Assembly (NCBI RefSeq): GCF_009914755.1
Contig: NC_060926.1
From: the human T2T-CHM13v2.0 reference genome, Homo sapiens
Strand: one strand, 5' to 3'
DNA length: 64,000 nt
In this document: positions 40,036 through 54,039 of the stretch, piece by piece
Numbering within the stretch: the stretch's first letter is position 1
Layout of the letters: every line of letters starts with the position of its first letter
Position numbers and translations under genes: made by a program
The notes under the pieces: generated by a model
Told to the model about the DNA's origin: nothing
Seen by the model: only the letters and a program-made list of their open reading frames with translations
Database searches by the model: none

Positions 40036-40475
40036 CATGTGCTGCAGATCCATTCTCCACTCTGGTACCCTGCCCCCTGCCCTGCATCTTAGAGACAGGT
40101 CTGTGTCAACCTGCCCTCTGGCCTCCTGTTGGAATCAGCCGCTTGGATGCCCCAGAAGCACATCAGAGAAAGTGAAGGAAAGAGATCCAAGTGTTTATTT
40201 CACTGGCTCCCTCACTGCAAGGCTGTCTCATGCTGGCTGTGTGCCCCCAACCAAAAAGCAACATTCATCTCTGCAGAACATTCTCCTTATCATTCCAGTA
40301 ACTATTCCTTCCTCTCATTCCTTCAGACTTAGGGCTACACACAGCTCTGCTGCCACAAGCCCCAATTTCCTACTCAATCTTTTGTGAGTCCCCAAAATCC
40401 CTTGTAACCAACTAAACTGCCTTTAAATTATCCTAATTCCAACATGCCATTTGTTTCCTATTGGGATCCTGATAT
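40036..40475 (+). mobile_element. LTR33-like ERVL LTR
   Basis: CCTGCCCTCTGGCCTCCTGTTGG...GTGTTTATTTC...CATGCCATTTGTTTCCTATTGGGATCCTGA. Confidence 0.65.
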
Positions 40476-40520
40476 ATTATGTGTAGTATGATGCCATTTA
40501 TGTGATCCCCCCAAAATTTA

Positions 40521-40521
40521 T

Positions 40522-40553
<32 letters not shown>
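40521..40553. repeat. (CA)n microsatellite
   Basis: direct inspection. Confidence 0.9.
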
Positions 40554-40554
<1 letters not shown>

Positions 40555-41791
40555 GAAAAAGCCCAGAAGGATACACAGAAAACGGTATCCTTACATAGTC
40601 CTTGCCTCTAGGAATGAAGTTGGTTGGTAAAAATTGGAAACAATGAATGTTTTACATTTTACTTTGTATGAATTTGTGCTAATTGAAGTTTTTCAAACAA
40701 AATGAACACGTTTTTACTTTTAAAATACAGAGAGATATTTAAAGATAGAGAATTACAAATCTGCCCCTCCACCTTTAGTCTCCAAACAATTATTTGAGGC
40801 AGAGTGACTTTGAAGAGCCATACCTTTTCAAAATAAGCACCTCTATTTGAACAACTCCTGCTCTAATAACTACCTCTATTAGGCACACGAGCCCTTGAGC
40901 CTTGTAGCCTGTTCCAGCTGCTCTCCTCCACTCCACACAGACAGTAGAAGTTGAAAAGATAGGAGTGTTTGCTTTGTCTTATCTGATACAAAAGTTTTGA
41001 AGTTTGGCATTGAAAACCCAGAAGTCTGATCATGGAATATCTAACATATCCACAACAACAAAAAAGTCCGTTGAGCAGAATAGGACCTAGTGTTTCTCAG
41101 AATCAATGGCAAACCATGCAAACCAGTGTGCCCTTTCTGCTGATAACGTGCCGTTTTAGTCATGCTAATTTGAAGGAGGCTGAAATCTAAAGGATATAAG
41201 GGAAATCCGCCTATATAAAATTTTTGTGAAGGTGTCTCTCCCAGGGTTTGACTTGGACTGGGACTTGGCGACAGAAATACAAGTTGTGTTCCAATAACAT
41301 CAGAGGCTGATTCTTGGCTGTCTAGTAAGCCCAAGTCCCATCTGAAGTCTGAGGTGATTTCCATGTCACTGCGGCATTGAGCTATCAGCTACCTTCATCA
41401 TTGCTGACTGAGCCCATAGTCGAGTGCCTGGAGACCTTCCTTCAAAATGCCCCTCACCATAAAGTGGGCTGGCAGAATATCTCTGGCTGCCAGTACAATA
41501 CTGATGTTCAAGGCCAACAGCTGTGCAGGCACTGTCTGTCTGAATGCCTCTCTTGCAACTTCATTTCTTCTCAGTCTGTTTCATGGAGGAATGGAGCAAT
41601 ATTTCACAACAGCTCAGAGTTTTCAACTGGAGCAGCTAGGATTGTTGCATCATAATTCAAACAAGCAAGAATGACACTAAACAATCATATTTATGGTATA
41701 TGACCAAATTATACAGACACACTTCTATGTTTGTCCATCAAGATGTTTCTCTCTTCTATATGTTGTTTCAAGGCTTACACCACTGGGATCC

Positions 41792-42143
41792 TGTATTAGT
41801 CCATTTTCACACTGCTATAAAGAACTACCTGAGACTGGGTCATTTTTAAAGAAAAGAGGTTAAATTGACTCACAGTTCCATATGGCTGGGGAGGCCTCAG
41901 GAAACTTACAATCATGGCGGAAGGTGAAGAGGAAGCAAGGCACGTCTTACATGGCAGCAGGAAAGAGTGGGGAACTGCTACATACTTTTAAACCATCAGA
42001 TCTTGTGAGAACTCACTCACTATCACAAGAACAGCATGGGGGAAACTGCCCCCATAATCCAATCACCTCCCACCAGGTCCCTCCCTCAACTCGTGGGGAT
42101 TATAATTCAAGATGAGATGGGGGCACAGAGACAAACTATATCA
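41792..42143 (-). mobile_element. THE1D-like MaLR solo LTR
   Basis: TGTATTAGTCCATTTTCACACTGCTATAAAG...CAAACTATATCA; perfect 5-bp TSD GATCC (41787-41791, 42144-42148). Confidence 0.95.
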
Positions 42144-42164
42144 GATCCTGATATTCCACTCATA

Positions 42165-43050
<886 letters not shown>

Positions 43051-45239
43051 TTAATGGGGGTATCAGTATTACTATTATAAACATAATGGGCATATCAATA
43101 AAGCTAGCACAACAGAGGTCTCCCTAGTAGCTCCTTCTTTTACTGCTAGAAATAAATAACATTTTGTCCTGCATCCATCCTTTCTTCGAGAAAGTTCAAA
43201 GAAACTTGTTGACTTTGTCACTTTAATCTTTTTCAACATCTCTGAGAGAGAAGGTGAGAAAGGAAGCGCTTCCATTTGGCACTCGCAAAGACTTTTCAGC
43301 CTGGTGTGCATGGATTAAGCACAAAGACGACTTTGATCTCCGTCAGTTTCACCCACTGTCTTCTGGGGAAAAGGACCCTATCTCTGAACCTCCTGGATTG
43401 AGATAGAATTTGAAGATCTAGATCTGAGATGCAGACTGCCAGTCTGTAGTGAAACACTTCCACATAATGTGCTTGGCACTGTAAAAAAATTTCGACTGTA
43501 CAGAAGAAAATATAAAAACAGACATAAAAATCAGTAGTTGGTCCATAACACAGATGACGACTTTTATCATTTGGATGTATTTCTTTCTGGTCTTCTTGAT
43601 CACATAACAAAATCGGGATCAAAGACAATATACAATTTTATATACCAGTAAATTTCAATCCTCCTGGAGGTGAAGTGAGACATGAGAAAATGTGCATCAC
43701 GTAAGGGGTAAAAAAAGCAGAATGAACTGCAATTTGATATGATGATCAAGCTCTGCAAAATAGAAAACTGAGTGAAGGTCATCTCCACCATCACTTTTCT
43801 AATCTCCCCTCAAGTAGGAAAAGTGCAATGCAGTTTTAAGTTGCTGGACTGACTAGGTGACCTCAGAATCCTCTCCAAATCCTGGAAAATCTGACTATAA
43901 AACTCTGTAAAATGATAAAGTACCAGATTAATCTCAAAGGCTTTAACTCTGACCAAGCTTGGTTCTTCTGAAAAGTAGGAGTATGAAATTTCATCCCAGA
44001 CTGGGATGAAATAAGAAACCTATCTGAGCCACTAACTAGTCGTGTGGGCTTCATCCAAACAATTAACTATTCTCAGCCTCAGTTTCACCACCTACAAAGC
44101 AGGATATGATATTTCCTTTCTCATAAATATTGGGGAATTTAAAAGAGATCATAAGTAAGAATGTCACCATCATCACTATCACTTTCAGGTCCCTAAGAGC
44201 CAAGCAGAAGCCACCACTCCTTTCTGAGGTCTCAGCTGGGATCTGCCAGGGCCACCTTTCCTCCTCCTTTCCAAGGACACAGGACCTCATGGTGCTCACT
44301 GCTAACCCAAACCTCTTGCCATCACCCCTGCTGTTACTTCTGAAGTAGCAGAGCCTGAGTTATGACACACTCAATTCCTGAAGCTCTTCTCTTTATGAAA
44401 GAGCTCTAGGTTCCATTTTATCTGATCTGTCCAACCCATTCCCACGATGTTCTTGGAAGATGTCCCCTTTCCTCCCCTGGGTTTCTGCAGCCCGTGGATT
44501 GGTCCTCCTTGTGCCACTCACCATCCTGTGTTGCAACCTTCTAGCAGGCGGTTAGCACTTTAAGGGCAGGACTGTGTCTTCGTTGTCTCCGTGGAGCTAG
44601 TTTCTAGCTCCAAAGGCCAGGCACAGAGTACATAACTAATAAGTACTTACAAATAAAATGATGTTTACAGTAATTCAAACTTATTTGGCATGATTTTTTA
44701 CAACCATTATATTGACAAATAAGCCGTGCTTTTCTTACTATTGTTTGACTTTGATATAGAATAAAGAATAGCAGCCTACAATCTGACCTTATAGGTTCAA
44801 AAATATGAGAAGGCAAAGGAGAACAAGCCCCACCCTCATCCCATGAGCCAGACCACCTTCCCCAGAAGCAAGTCCCATCATACCATGAACACCACAGCCA
44901 TGTTCCATCCAAGAAAGAGAACAGGGATTCCTCCTTCAACATTAGTAGAAGACTCATGGCTGAAAGAAGACAGTCCTTTCTCCTCCAGAACTCCAGAATC
45001 ATGATGGTCAATTGTGCCCCTTTAAGCCCAAGAGTTCACATGCACCTAGAGATAAGGTATTAAATCTGAACTGAAGAAGACAAGGTCTCAGTCCTAGAGA
45101 TTCAACTTCAGAGCCACAGCCATCCCTAAATACTTTCACGTGCCAGTTATACTCCTGTATCTCTCCAGAAACATTGTCCTTGTTTGACCAACACTTGAAG
45201 CTCTCCCCAGTCTGGGCAAGAAAGAGGGCTGAAAGATGA

Positions 45240-45770
45240 TTATTCTGGTTATCTATTACTGAATAACAAATCACTCCAAAACTCAGTGACTTTTTAAAAA
45301 ACAACCATTTGACTATATCTCACAATTTATGGATCAAGAACTTGAGCAAGGCTCAGCTGGGTAAGTTTTCTGCTTCATAAGCCATCAACTGAAATCACTC
45401 AGGGAAATTCAGCTGGTGGATGGGTTAGTTCAGAAGACCCGACAGCTTCACTCCCATGTCTGGCACCCTGGTGGGGGTGGCTGGAAGCTTGGGCTCAGCT
45501 GAACTGTTGGACTGAGGAGTCCACCTGTGACCTTTCAGCATGACAGTTTCAGGATAGTCACACTTCCACCTGGGGGGATGGAGCTCTCAGAAAGAAAATT
45601 CAAATATCCGGGAAGTACAAGCTTTCAATTTCTTAGGAGCCATAACAGCATCCCTTCCAAACATTCTTCTGTTGGTCACAAAGCCCACCCTTATCCAAAT
45701 GGTTGAGAAACAAACCCAGCCCTTGATGGACAGCTGCCAAGGAATTTACAGCCGCTTTTCAACCTCTAGA
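45240..45770 (-). mobile_element. MLT1H/I-like MaLR LTR
   Basis: GTTATCTATTACTGAATAACAAATCACTCCAAAACTCAGTGAC...GGCTCAGCTGGG...GCTTCACTCCCATGTCTGGC. Confidence 0.8.
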
Positions 45771-46639
45771 TAAAAACGGGCCACCATGCAGAGGCAGCTG
45801 ACTCTTTTTCCTGAATTATTTCTGTCTCTTGGTGGTCTTCTCACACATATGCCCAAGATCCCTCAATCAACCAGTTACCTCTGGCTCAAGCAAAGCAAAA
45901 ACCTTTTTCCTTGTGACCCAAACAATCCCTGGTCTCACCAGACTGAAGGTTGCAATGGGGTCCTATTAACTTTAATTTAGGATTTTGACTTGGTGCTATC
46001 CCTACCCATATCATTGTTAACTCCTCACTCTTCACTATAAGTCTCCCTAAGCTACTTCTGGGGGTTTCAGGAGGCAACTCCAAGGAGGTATGCCCAAGAC
46101 GGTGTGCTCAGGAGAAACTAAACTCAGGTCGTTTATGGATCTCCTCACTCTTCATGAGATCCTCCACCTAGATATAAATATAGAGATGTCTCATATACCA
46201 TACTTATACATTTACTTACTATGATTTTATAAGAACAGTCCAGTGTATCCAGCCAGAGCCTCCAACTCAACAGTCAACAGTCCACTGGCTATCCCAATGC
46301 CCACGACCTCTTCATCCAAAGGCATTGCGCAAGAATACCATTCTGGAAAGAGCTGCTCACAAGGCAGCCACATCCTTCTCCAGACTTTTTTCACTAGAAA
46401 GAGATGCCCCAGCGTCCCAGGAACCTCTCCCTCTTCCCTATCGTGTGTAATTATGGTCAGGGGTCTCTCCCTCTTAAACCCAGAGCCTGTAAGATGACTG
46501 CCCTTAGTTCGCTGGTCAACCCAGGTGTGACTCAGATTAGATGGATCACACAGCCCCAGTTGTTTGACACTTTGGCTGCTGCCTGGAAGGATGGCCTTTT
46601 GGTCCACAAAGAGAGGGTGCATATTTGGCAGACATTATA

Positions 46640-46870
46640 ACATTGGCTGGAGTCAGGCACATGTGGGTTAGAATCACAACTTTTCCACTCACTGACTATG
46701 TCACCCTCAGAAAGGTGTTTAATCTTTTGGCCTCAGTTTCCACATCTGTGAAATGAGAATAATGATATCTATCTACCAGGGAAATTGTAATAATTAAATA
46801 AAGCAAGACAACTTAAAACAGACTCTGCTCCCCAACAAAAATGTGTGTAAAAATGGTAGCTATTAATAAG
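46640..46870 (+). mobile_element. MIR SINE
   Basis: GGCCTCAGTTTCCACATCTGTGAAATGAGAATAATGATATCTA. Confidence 0.8.
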
Positions 46871-48801
46871 ATAAGGATGGTGGTATTGGTGGTGGTGGTA
46901 TTATTGGACCAATTTACCTGGTTTTGTGCATGAGTACCCTGTCATGCCCAGGACCTTGTAACACCCATGACTCCACGTTACACAGCTCCTTACTTATGCC
47001 CCAGTTAGTTTACTCTCACAATGCCCATGTCATTCATCCATGAATTCATGTATTCAACAGGTGTTTATGGAGTCACTATAATGAGCTGAGCATTGTGCCA
47101 GGAGCCAGGGATGCAGCAGTGAAGAGGAAAGATGTGGTCTCTACCCTAACGACTCCTCTAACATCACTTGCTCATTTCATGTTCTGAGTCACGTGACAGC
47201 AGACCATCTAGACTCACAAATATCAGAGCTGGAAGGTCACTTTCACTCTCTCTGGGCCTTTAATTCGGCTCCATGCTGCACCCCAGCTCCTGACCCAGTT
47301 TGGCTCCCAGCACTCCTACTTGGTTATGCTCTTACATTCTCTCTCTTGCTCCCTCCTTTACCAGATTCCCTGAGCAAACAGCCCTACAGAATCATTCCCA
47401 GAGCCCCCAAGGAGGCAGGGTTTGCATCAGCCTGCCCAGCCAGCACCCTGGACCCAACAGCTCACTTCCCCAAACTTAGAGAGCTACAAAGATCATAAGA
47501 ACTATCTTTTCCTAGGTACTGCCAAAGCACATGGCATGCATTCTCCCATTTACTCCTCCTGGTATCTGTGTTGGGAGCCATGGTCTCCAGTTTACCGAAG
47601 AGGGAACTGAGACTTTGAGGAGTCACAAGACATGCCCACAGTCAGCTGACATGTAGTAGAGCCAGGGCTCAAACCCAGCTTTGTGTAAAAGTTGAAGATG
47701 GGACACTGGATATAACTGAAGCTACACAGAAAGTTAATGGGCAATTCCCCCCCACCATGTTTTGGGGGGTTATTCATCCTTTGGAATATTTCCATTTGCA
47801 TGAGTCTCCCTGTAGTGGGCCTGGCAGTTAATTAGGAGGAAAGCAGCTATGTGCAGGATGGAGCAAAAGTGTGGGACACCATGGAGCTCATCTTAAGTGG
47901 AGGGACAGCAACTTGCCCAGTACCCCTCTCCCACCCCTGGGTACCTGGCTGGACTGTGCTTTCCTTCAATACCCCATTATCCTGGAGCTGAGCTGAGTGG
48001 GTTTCCACTTTCGCAACAGTGCTCCTGAACTAAATCATCTGCCCACCAGGCAAAGCCTGCCTTCTTCCCTCTCCATCTCCACAGTGTGTAGCCATGTGGG
48101 TGCCCAAAGCTGTGACTGAGTACACAGCAGCAGCCTTTTAATGCTTTTAAAATAAAACTTGGATTTTCTTTCTTTTTCTCCCCAGGTTTGTTCAGAAGGA
48201 ACAAAATGTCCTAGTCTATTCCACATGGAATAGGTACCTCCTTCAGCACCATTTGCAAAACCATTCTAAAACTGAAAATTGTTGTGGGATGAAATTATCT
48301 GCCCTCTTCTGCATTTTTATTCCATCTCAGAATAATGTTGTCATCCAGAAAGAACAGATGTTTCTTACAGGTAAAGCCTGCTTGTACCAACATAATATAC
48401 AGAATCATCAAATCCTTTTCAATTATCACAACAAAATCACAGTTGTTCCAAATTGGTATGGATACATCCAGAGGAGGAGAGGGATTCCACTAAAAGGTCT
48501 TTGGGAATGACTGACCAGCCTGTGTAACAAGAGGCTTGTTCTTGCAGTGTAGACAATTGTGGAGGTAGCAGACCATGAGCTTTGGGGTGAGAAGACCAGC
48601 ATGTCATTCTCAGCTCTTCACTTACCCGATCTGCAACCTGGAACAAGTAGCTTAATGTCTCTGAGTTTCTGTTTTGACATCTGTGAAATGGAAACAAAAA
48701 TGCAGACTAGGTTTGTTTGCTGGTTAGATCGAATAAAAAAAACTATAGAAAACATTTAGCATCGTAAATAGTACTGTACTTGGGAAGCACTGAACAATTG
48801 C

Positions 48802-49123
48802 TTTTTTTTTTTCAATTTATTTTATTTTTTGAGACAGGGTCTCACTCTGTTGCCCAGGCTGCAGTGTAGTGGCATGATCAAGGTTAACTGCAGCCTTGAC
48901 CTGGGCTCAAGTAATCCTCCCGCCTCAGCCTCCAGAGTAGCTGGAACTACAGGTGTCCACCACCACCTATAGTGTATGCCTGCCTAATTTTTTGCATTTT
49001 TTTCTAGAGACAGGGTTTTTGCCATGTTGCCCAGGCTGGTCTCGAACTCCTGGACCCAAGTGATCAACCTGACTCAGCCTCCCAAAGTGCTGGTATTACA
49101 GGCGTAAGCCACAGCACCTGGCC
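48802..49123 (-). mobile_element. AluJ with a small internal insertion
   Basis: GACAGGGTCTCACTCTGTTGCCCAGGCT...GGGCTCAAGTAATCCTCCCGCC; extra TATAGTGTA-containing insert near 48967; TSD-like CA(A/G)TTGCTTTT. Confidence 0.95.
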
Positions 49124-49697
49124 CAGTTGCTTTTATTTATATGATCACAGAAGTAATGTAAAAACAAAAACAAAACAAAAACTATAGCTATCATTTGTTA
49201 ATTAATCTGTCATTCAAGTGGTTTATTCCCAGAAAAATCAGTGTTAGAAATACCTCAGAGTGCCTGGGATGGACTCTATTTTCCTGCCTCTGAATTATCC
49301 ACTGGGAGTCCCACTGTACTTCAACTGTGGCTCCATAAGGTGAAACACTGATTCCAGAAGCTCTGCTTAAACCAGTGAGCCTTCCATCTTCCACTTCTGG
49401 AGGCAGGAAAAGCTGTGCTCACACTCTCACACACCATATCGGCGGGGCGGGGGGGGTTCCTTATGGAGGAATTCACGCTTGCCACTCCTCCTCATCTCTC
49501 TTCCCTCCCCCTTTTCAAAGGTCTGAGAAGTTGGTTCACTCAGGGTGTAGACCAAACTGCAGAACATTTAGGCAACGTGAAGCAAAACAAATTATCCTCG
49601 AAGACTCTAACCACTTGAAAGGTATTCATTATGTTAAAATCTCTTGTTTTGGTTACCGTGATAGTTAATTTTACATGTCAACTTGATGAGGTCAAGG

Positions 49698-51563
49698 TAA
49701 TGGCAGTAGCGGGCCATCTGGAGTGGCCGCTGTCATCATGCTGGCCGCTGCAGGGAGCATGCAGGGAGGAGGCGGACAGCGCCCCACCTCCTCTCCGCAG
49801 CTTTCCGCCCTGGGGGCTGCTGTGACGGGCCGGGCCAAGTAGCCCGTCGGTGAGGAAGCAATACAGCGGAGGAGCAACGCAGTTGGGCAGAGGGACCCGA
49901 GGCAGAGCTGGGCCCGGGGTGGTGCCACACTTGCACACGGAGTGCGGGGGCCGGTTCCGGACACAGAGATGGGGCTGCACTTTGGAGGCCCGGGGTGCAA
50001 GTGAGAGCGGCACCCACTTCAGGGACCCGACCAGTGGTGCAGCCACTGGGCCCACCCCACCAAGGGTGCCGTGTTCCTGCGCCTCAGGAGGAGGCTCTGC
50101 ACAGGGCCACCTGGGGCTGCGTCTCGGGGTCTGCCCTGCGTGGAAGTGACCGCCGAGCCTGACACTCCCTACAGTCAGGCCTGGGGCCCGATCCCCTCAG
50201 CCCAGGGCCACCTCTCAGTGCTGGGGCAATGTGGGGAGCTCATGGCGGTATCACCCCTGCCCCAGATGCAGGCCCAGGCCCAGCAAGGACCTGGAGCCCC
50301 TGCTCCAGGCTGTGAGGGGGCATGGCCATGGCTGCATGCTCCACAGAGCCAGTGGGAACTGGGAGCAGGCAGCAGCCCTGCCCTCCTGAGCACAGCTGCA
50401 GCCACCCAAGTCAGGATAATGGATCCGGGCCTCTGTGTGCTCTTGGGGGCCTACGAAGGCCCCCCATGCTCTTGTATGCTCAGAAGTGCCTGCTCCCACT
50501 ACCTGGCTTCTCCCCACTGTGGGCACCAGCTCCGATCTCAGAGAAACGTGGAGCAGGGGTGCACACGCTGGGGGCAGTGCTGACATGCCAGCCCCCTGCC
50601 ACCTCAGGCCCTGGACTTTGGGTGCCCAGAAGTGTGGGGGAGGGTGAGGGGGTAATCTGAGGAGGTGCTTCGGGCAGGTCAGTGATGGCCTGCAGGCGCC
50701 CATGGCATGAGCATCCTGGGCACCAGGGATGGAGGCAGGAGGCAGATGGCTCCTGGAGGGAAGGGGTGGGGTCCCCAGTGAGGCCCCACCTTCAGGCTAG
50801 GTAGGGCCTGAAACCTGGGGGACAGGTTTCCAGTCCCACAGACCAGAGTGGGGACTTGTGTTGCCTTTTCTGGGCCCCTGCATGGCTGCCCATGGACCAA
50901 TCCCCATGCACTTCCTCCCCTCCAAGACTCATAAAAGCCCCAGGCTGAGCTAGAGCAGGGCAGACATCAGGAAGACCAGTTGCAGAGAGGAGCAACCTAT
51001 CCCAGGGTCTCCCCTCTGAGAGGAGCTTCCCACTCCAGGGTCTCCTCTCTGCTAGAAGCTGAACACTCGGGATACCCTGGCTGTGGGAAGGAGCTACCCC
51101 CTATTGGTCCCCTCTATCACTCAATAAAGCTCCTTTTCCTCTTGCTTATCCTCCACTTGTCTGCATACCTCATTCTTCCTGGTCGCAGGACAAGAACTCA
51201 GGACCCACCAAACGGTGAGGCTAAAAGAGCTATAACACAAACAGGGCTGAGACATGCCCCTTGCTTGCCATATTGCAGACAGAGAGAAGAGCTGTGGCCC
51301 CTTGGGGAGCCCAGACCTGTGAGCTTCCCAAGTTAGGGATGTCACTCCTTCCTTAGGGCCCTGAGGTTTCCTGGCATCTCCAAGCTTCCGGTGCCACCAC
51401 ATTCCCCAGTGCCAGCTGAGGAAGCTGCTTGCAGTGCTCCTGGTCCAGCTGTAATCTCACAGAGAGCTGGCGCCCATGCTGGCACCTGCAGCTGCCCACC
51501 CTACTGCAACAGCTGCACAGAGGTTTCCAGCCAGAAAAGTGACACCCCAAAGATCCTGTAACA
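49698..51563 (+). mobile_element. MER52-family (ERV1) long solo LTR
   Basis: starts TAATGGCAGTAGCGGGCCATCTGGAGTGGCCGCTG, ends GACACCCCAAAGATCCTGTAACA; 4-bp TSD AAGG (49694-49697, 51564-51567). Confidence 0.9.
50897..51128 (+). promoter_or_regulatory. LTR core signals: CCAAT box, TATA-like ATAAAA, polyA signal
   Basis: CCAAT 50897-50901, ATAAAA 50931-50936, AATAAA 51123-51128 in U3-R order; activity not shown. Confidence 0.5.
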
Positions 51564-51981
51564 AAGGAGTGCCTAGATATTTGGTCAAATATTATTCTGG
51601 ATGTTTCTATGAGAGTGTTTTGAGATGAGATTAACATAAATCAGTAGACAGGGTAAAGTAAATTGCCCTTCCTAATGTGGGTGGGCCTTATCCAATCAGT
51701 TGGAGACCTGAACAGAACAAAAGGCTGATACTCCCCAACACGCACACACACACCACACCCCTGGAGAAGACAGAATTCTTCCTGCCTGACAGCCTTCAAA
51801 CTGGAACATCATTTTTTTCCCCTGATTTCAGACTTGAACTGAAACACCAATTCTTCCCGGTCTCAAGCCTGCCAGCCTTTGGACTAGAACCACACCATCA
51901 GCTCTCCTAGGTCTCACCCTGCAGATCTTGGGACTAGCCAGCCTCCATATCATGTGGGCCAATTCCTTAAATCTTTTTATA

Positions 51982-51984
<3 letters not shown>

Positions 51985-52017
<33 letters not shown>
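51985..52017. repeat. (CA)n microsatellite in MLT2
   Basis: direct inspection. Confidence 0.95.
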
Positions 52018-52018
<1 letters not shown>

Positions 52019-52559
52019 CATATTGGTTCTGTTTCTCTGAAGAATTCTAATACAGTTATTATATGTTGTTCTCATCCATTTATTAAAATAGGTACCTGAG
52101 TAACTTCTGGGCAGTATCAGTCACATAGTAAGAAGTAGTTAGAGAAGACAAACTGTGGGTTCCTTGAGCATGATGTCTATGGTCAGGCTTTCTCCTTCCT
52201 TGGTCTGTCCTTCATCCCTAACTGGTCAGACTAATGACATTTGGCTGCAGTATCACAGATAAGGAAGATAAAGTGGCCAGCCTAGCCCTTTTCTCCAGGG
52301 CAGAGGAAGAAAAATAGTAAATGTTCTCAGAGAACTCGTCAGCTGGTCAACCTCTGAAGCACCAAGAAAAGACAACCTTGAAAATGAGATCCTTTTTAGC
52401 CTGGGAAGGACACTGGCCAGGCCTGAGTGCCTGTGTGCACCAATGGCAAGATACAGGAAATGTCAGCCGGTGAGAAATTGATGAAAGCAAGGAGAGAAGC
52501 TGTGCCATTTGAGAGGCGGTGTACCATTCACATGGATAACATTTGTTCCTTTTAGCTTT

Positions 52560-53100
52560 TCCTTCATTGACTCACTCAGTCATTTGTTCACTTAACAAAT
52601 ATTTACTCAGCCTTTACTGTGTCTAAATTCCCTGTGGCAGGAACTCAAAGCACAAACTCTGGGGTGAAGTAGGTTGCATTACGGTTGCAGAGACAAAACA
52701 CGCGGAGAGTGAAAATCGTTAAGAACAGGCAGCATGGGCCAGAACAATGAGTGAGCCAGTGCAAGAGAATTGAGAAGAGACGGGAATGTGCTCAGAGGAG
52801 ATACCCGTAGGGTGAGCTGCACCACATAAATGGGGCCCTGGAGGTACTCCTGGATTTGTAGAGAAGGAGAGGCTGGGTGGGCAGGTCGAGCAGGAATAAG
52901 GGATGCTTGTTTGGGGAGGACATGAGCAGAGGGTCATGGTTTCTCTCACTGGTGAAGAGCAAAAGGTAGTCATGCTGGTTGTTTGGAGCCAAAAGAGAAA
53001 GAATCTATGAAGGAATTTGAACTCCATACAAGACTTTACAAGGACAGAGCATTCTCAGAGTATGTCATAGGAGCTGTGTTTTAGAAAAATCAATCTGACA
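52560..53100 (-). mobile_element. L2 fragment
   Basis: TCATTTGTTCACTTAACAAATATTTACTCAGCC...TGTGTTTTAGAAAAATCAATCTGACA. Confidence 0.65.
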
Positions 53101-53907
53101 AGAGACAATTTTTAATCTAATTTTTATATTTTTCTGCTCTTCTTTTCAAATTATTTCTTTCTGTTTCTCTGCAAAGGCTCAGATGTTGAACATGAATGAC
53201 CCTTGAAAGTGGAGAAAAAGGAGACAAATGGCACTTATTTCCTCTTCTGTGATAGAGTCTTAAGTATATTTTCTCTCTTTCCCACTAGATATAAAGTTTC
53301 TCAGGGCCAGAGAGCATGGCTTATTGATTCACTCCTGCTGGGTCTGTATACTGTCCTCAACACACTGCAAGTGGTTTGCAGGAAGGGGACCCAGCGATTT
53401 CCTCTGTAGGCTTTCCCTCGGTGCTTCCTAGAGGACCATCAGATGAACCTTAGGAGCATAGGATGTTAGAGCTTGAAGAAATTTCTTTCATTCTCACAGA
53501 GGTGGAAAGTGATAAGGGACATGAGCAGGACCATGCAGTAAAACCAAGATAGATCCAAGGCAAGAATCTAGAGCGGCCAGCTCCTGGCCCAGTGTTCTTC
53601 TCATGCCCAGAAACCGATTTGGATGGGAGAGAAGATGTGAGGATTCAGGCCAATAGACGGGCCTGTAATTCAGACAGGGCTGTCTAGAGCTAGGCTGGAT
53701 TTACACAGTAAGCACCAGGCACAAAGCAAAGGTGTCCCTCTGTTGATACCCCATCCCTGCAGCCTCCTGGCCTGCTTGAAAGGTGGAGACAAACCCCACA
53801 GCTAAACCTCACCTTCGGTTCTCCCACAAATCCTTCAAACTAGTAGTAGAAGCCTTGGTCTCCCAATGACAAAATACAAATGGTTTTGTAACACTTCATG
53901 AATTTTA

Positions 53908-54039
53908 TTTTTCAGTTTTTTGTAGAGATAGGGGCTCACCATGTTGCCCAGGCTGGTCATGAACTCCTGATCTCAAGCAATCCTCCTGCTTCGGCCTCCC
54001 AGAGTGCAAGGATTACAGCATGAGCCACCGCACCTAGCC
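53908..54039 (-). mobile_element. FLAM (free left Alu monomer)
   Basis: single left monomer flanked by 14-bp TSD CTTCA(T/G)GAATTTTA at 53894-53907 and 54042-54055. Confidence 0.88.

Larger units (their letters stand above)
38700..40720 (+). mobile_element. old L1ME sense fragments (ORF2 end and 3' UTR), interrupted by (GGAA)n and an LTR
   Basis: ACCAGATATGAAAATATGTTATAAAGTTACAATGATC; AAGATGCTCAAC; TCACTTGTCAGAATGGCAA. Confidence 0.6.
49657..52054 (+). mobile_element. MLT2 (ERVL) solo LTR split by a MER52 insertion
   Basis: GTGATAGTTAATTTTACATGTCAACTTGA...[insert]...GATATTTGGTCAAATATTATTCTGGATGTTTCT...TTCTGTTTCTCTGAAGAATTCTAATACA; flanks GTTAC/GTTAT. Confidence 0.9.

Noticed and set aside
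49678-51637. Dense overlapping ORFs up to 170 aa
   Set aside because: Inside a GC-rich MER52 LTR where stop codons are rare
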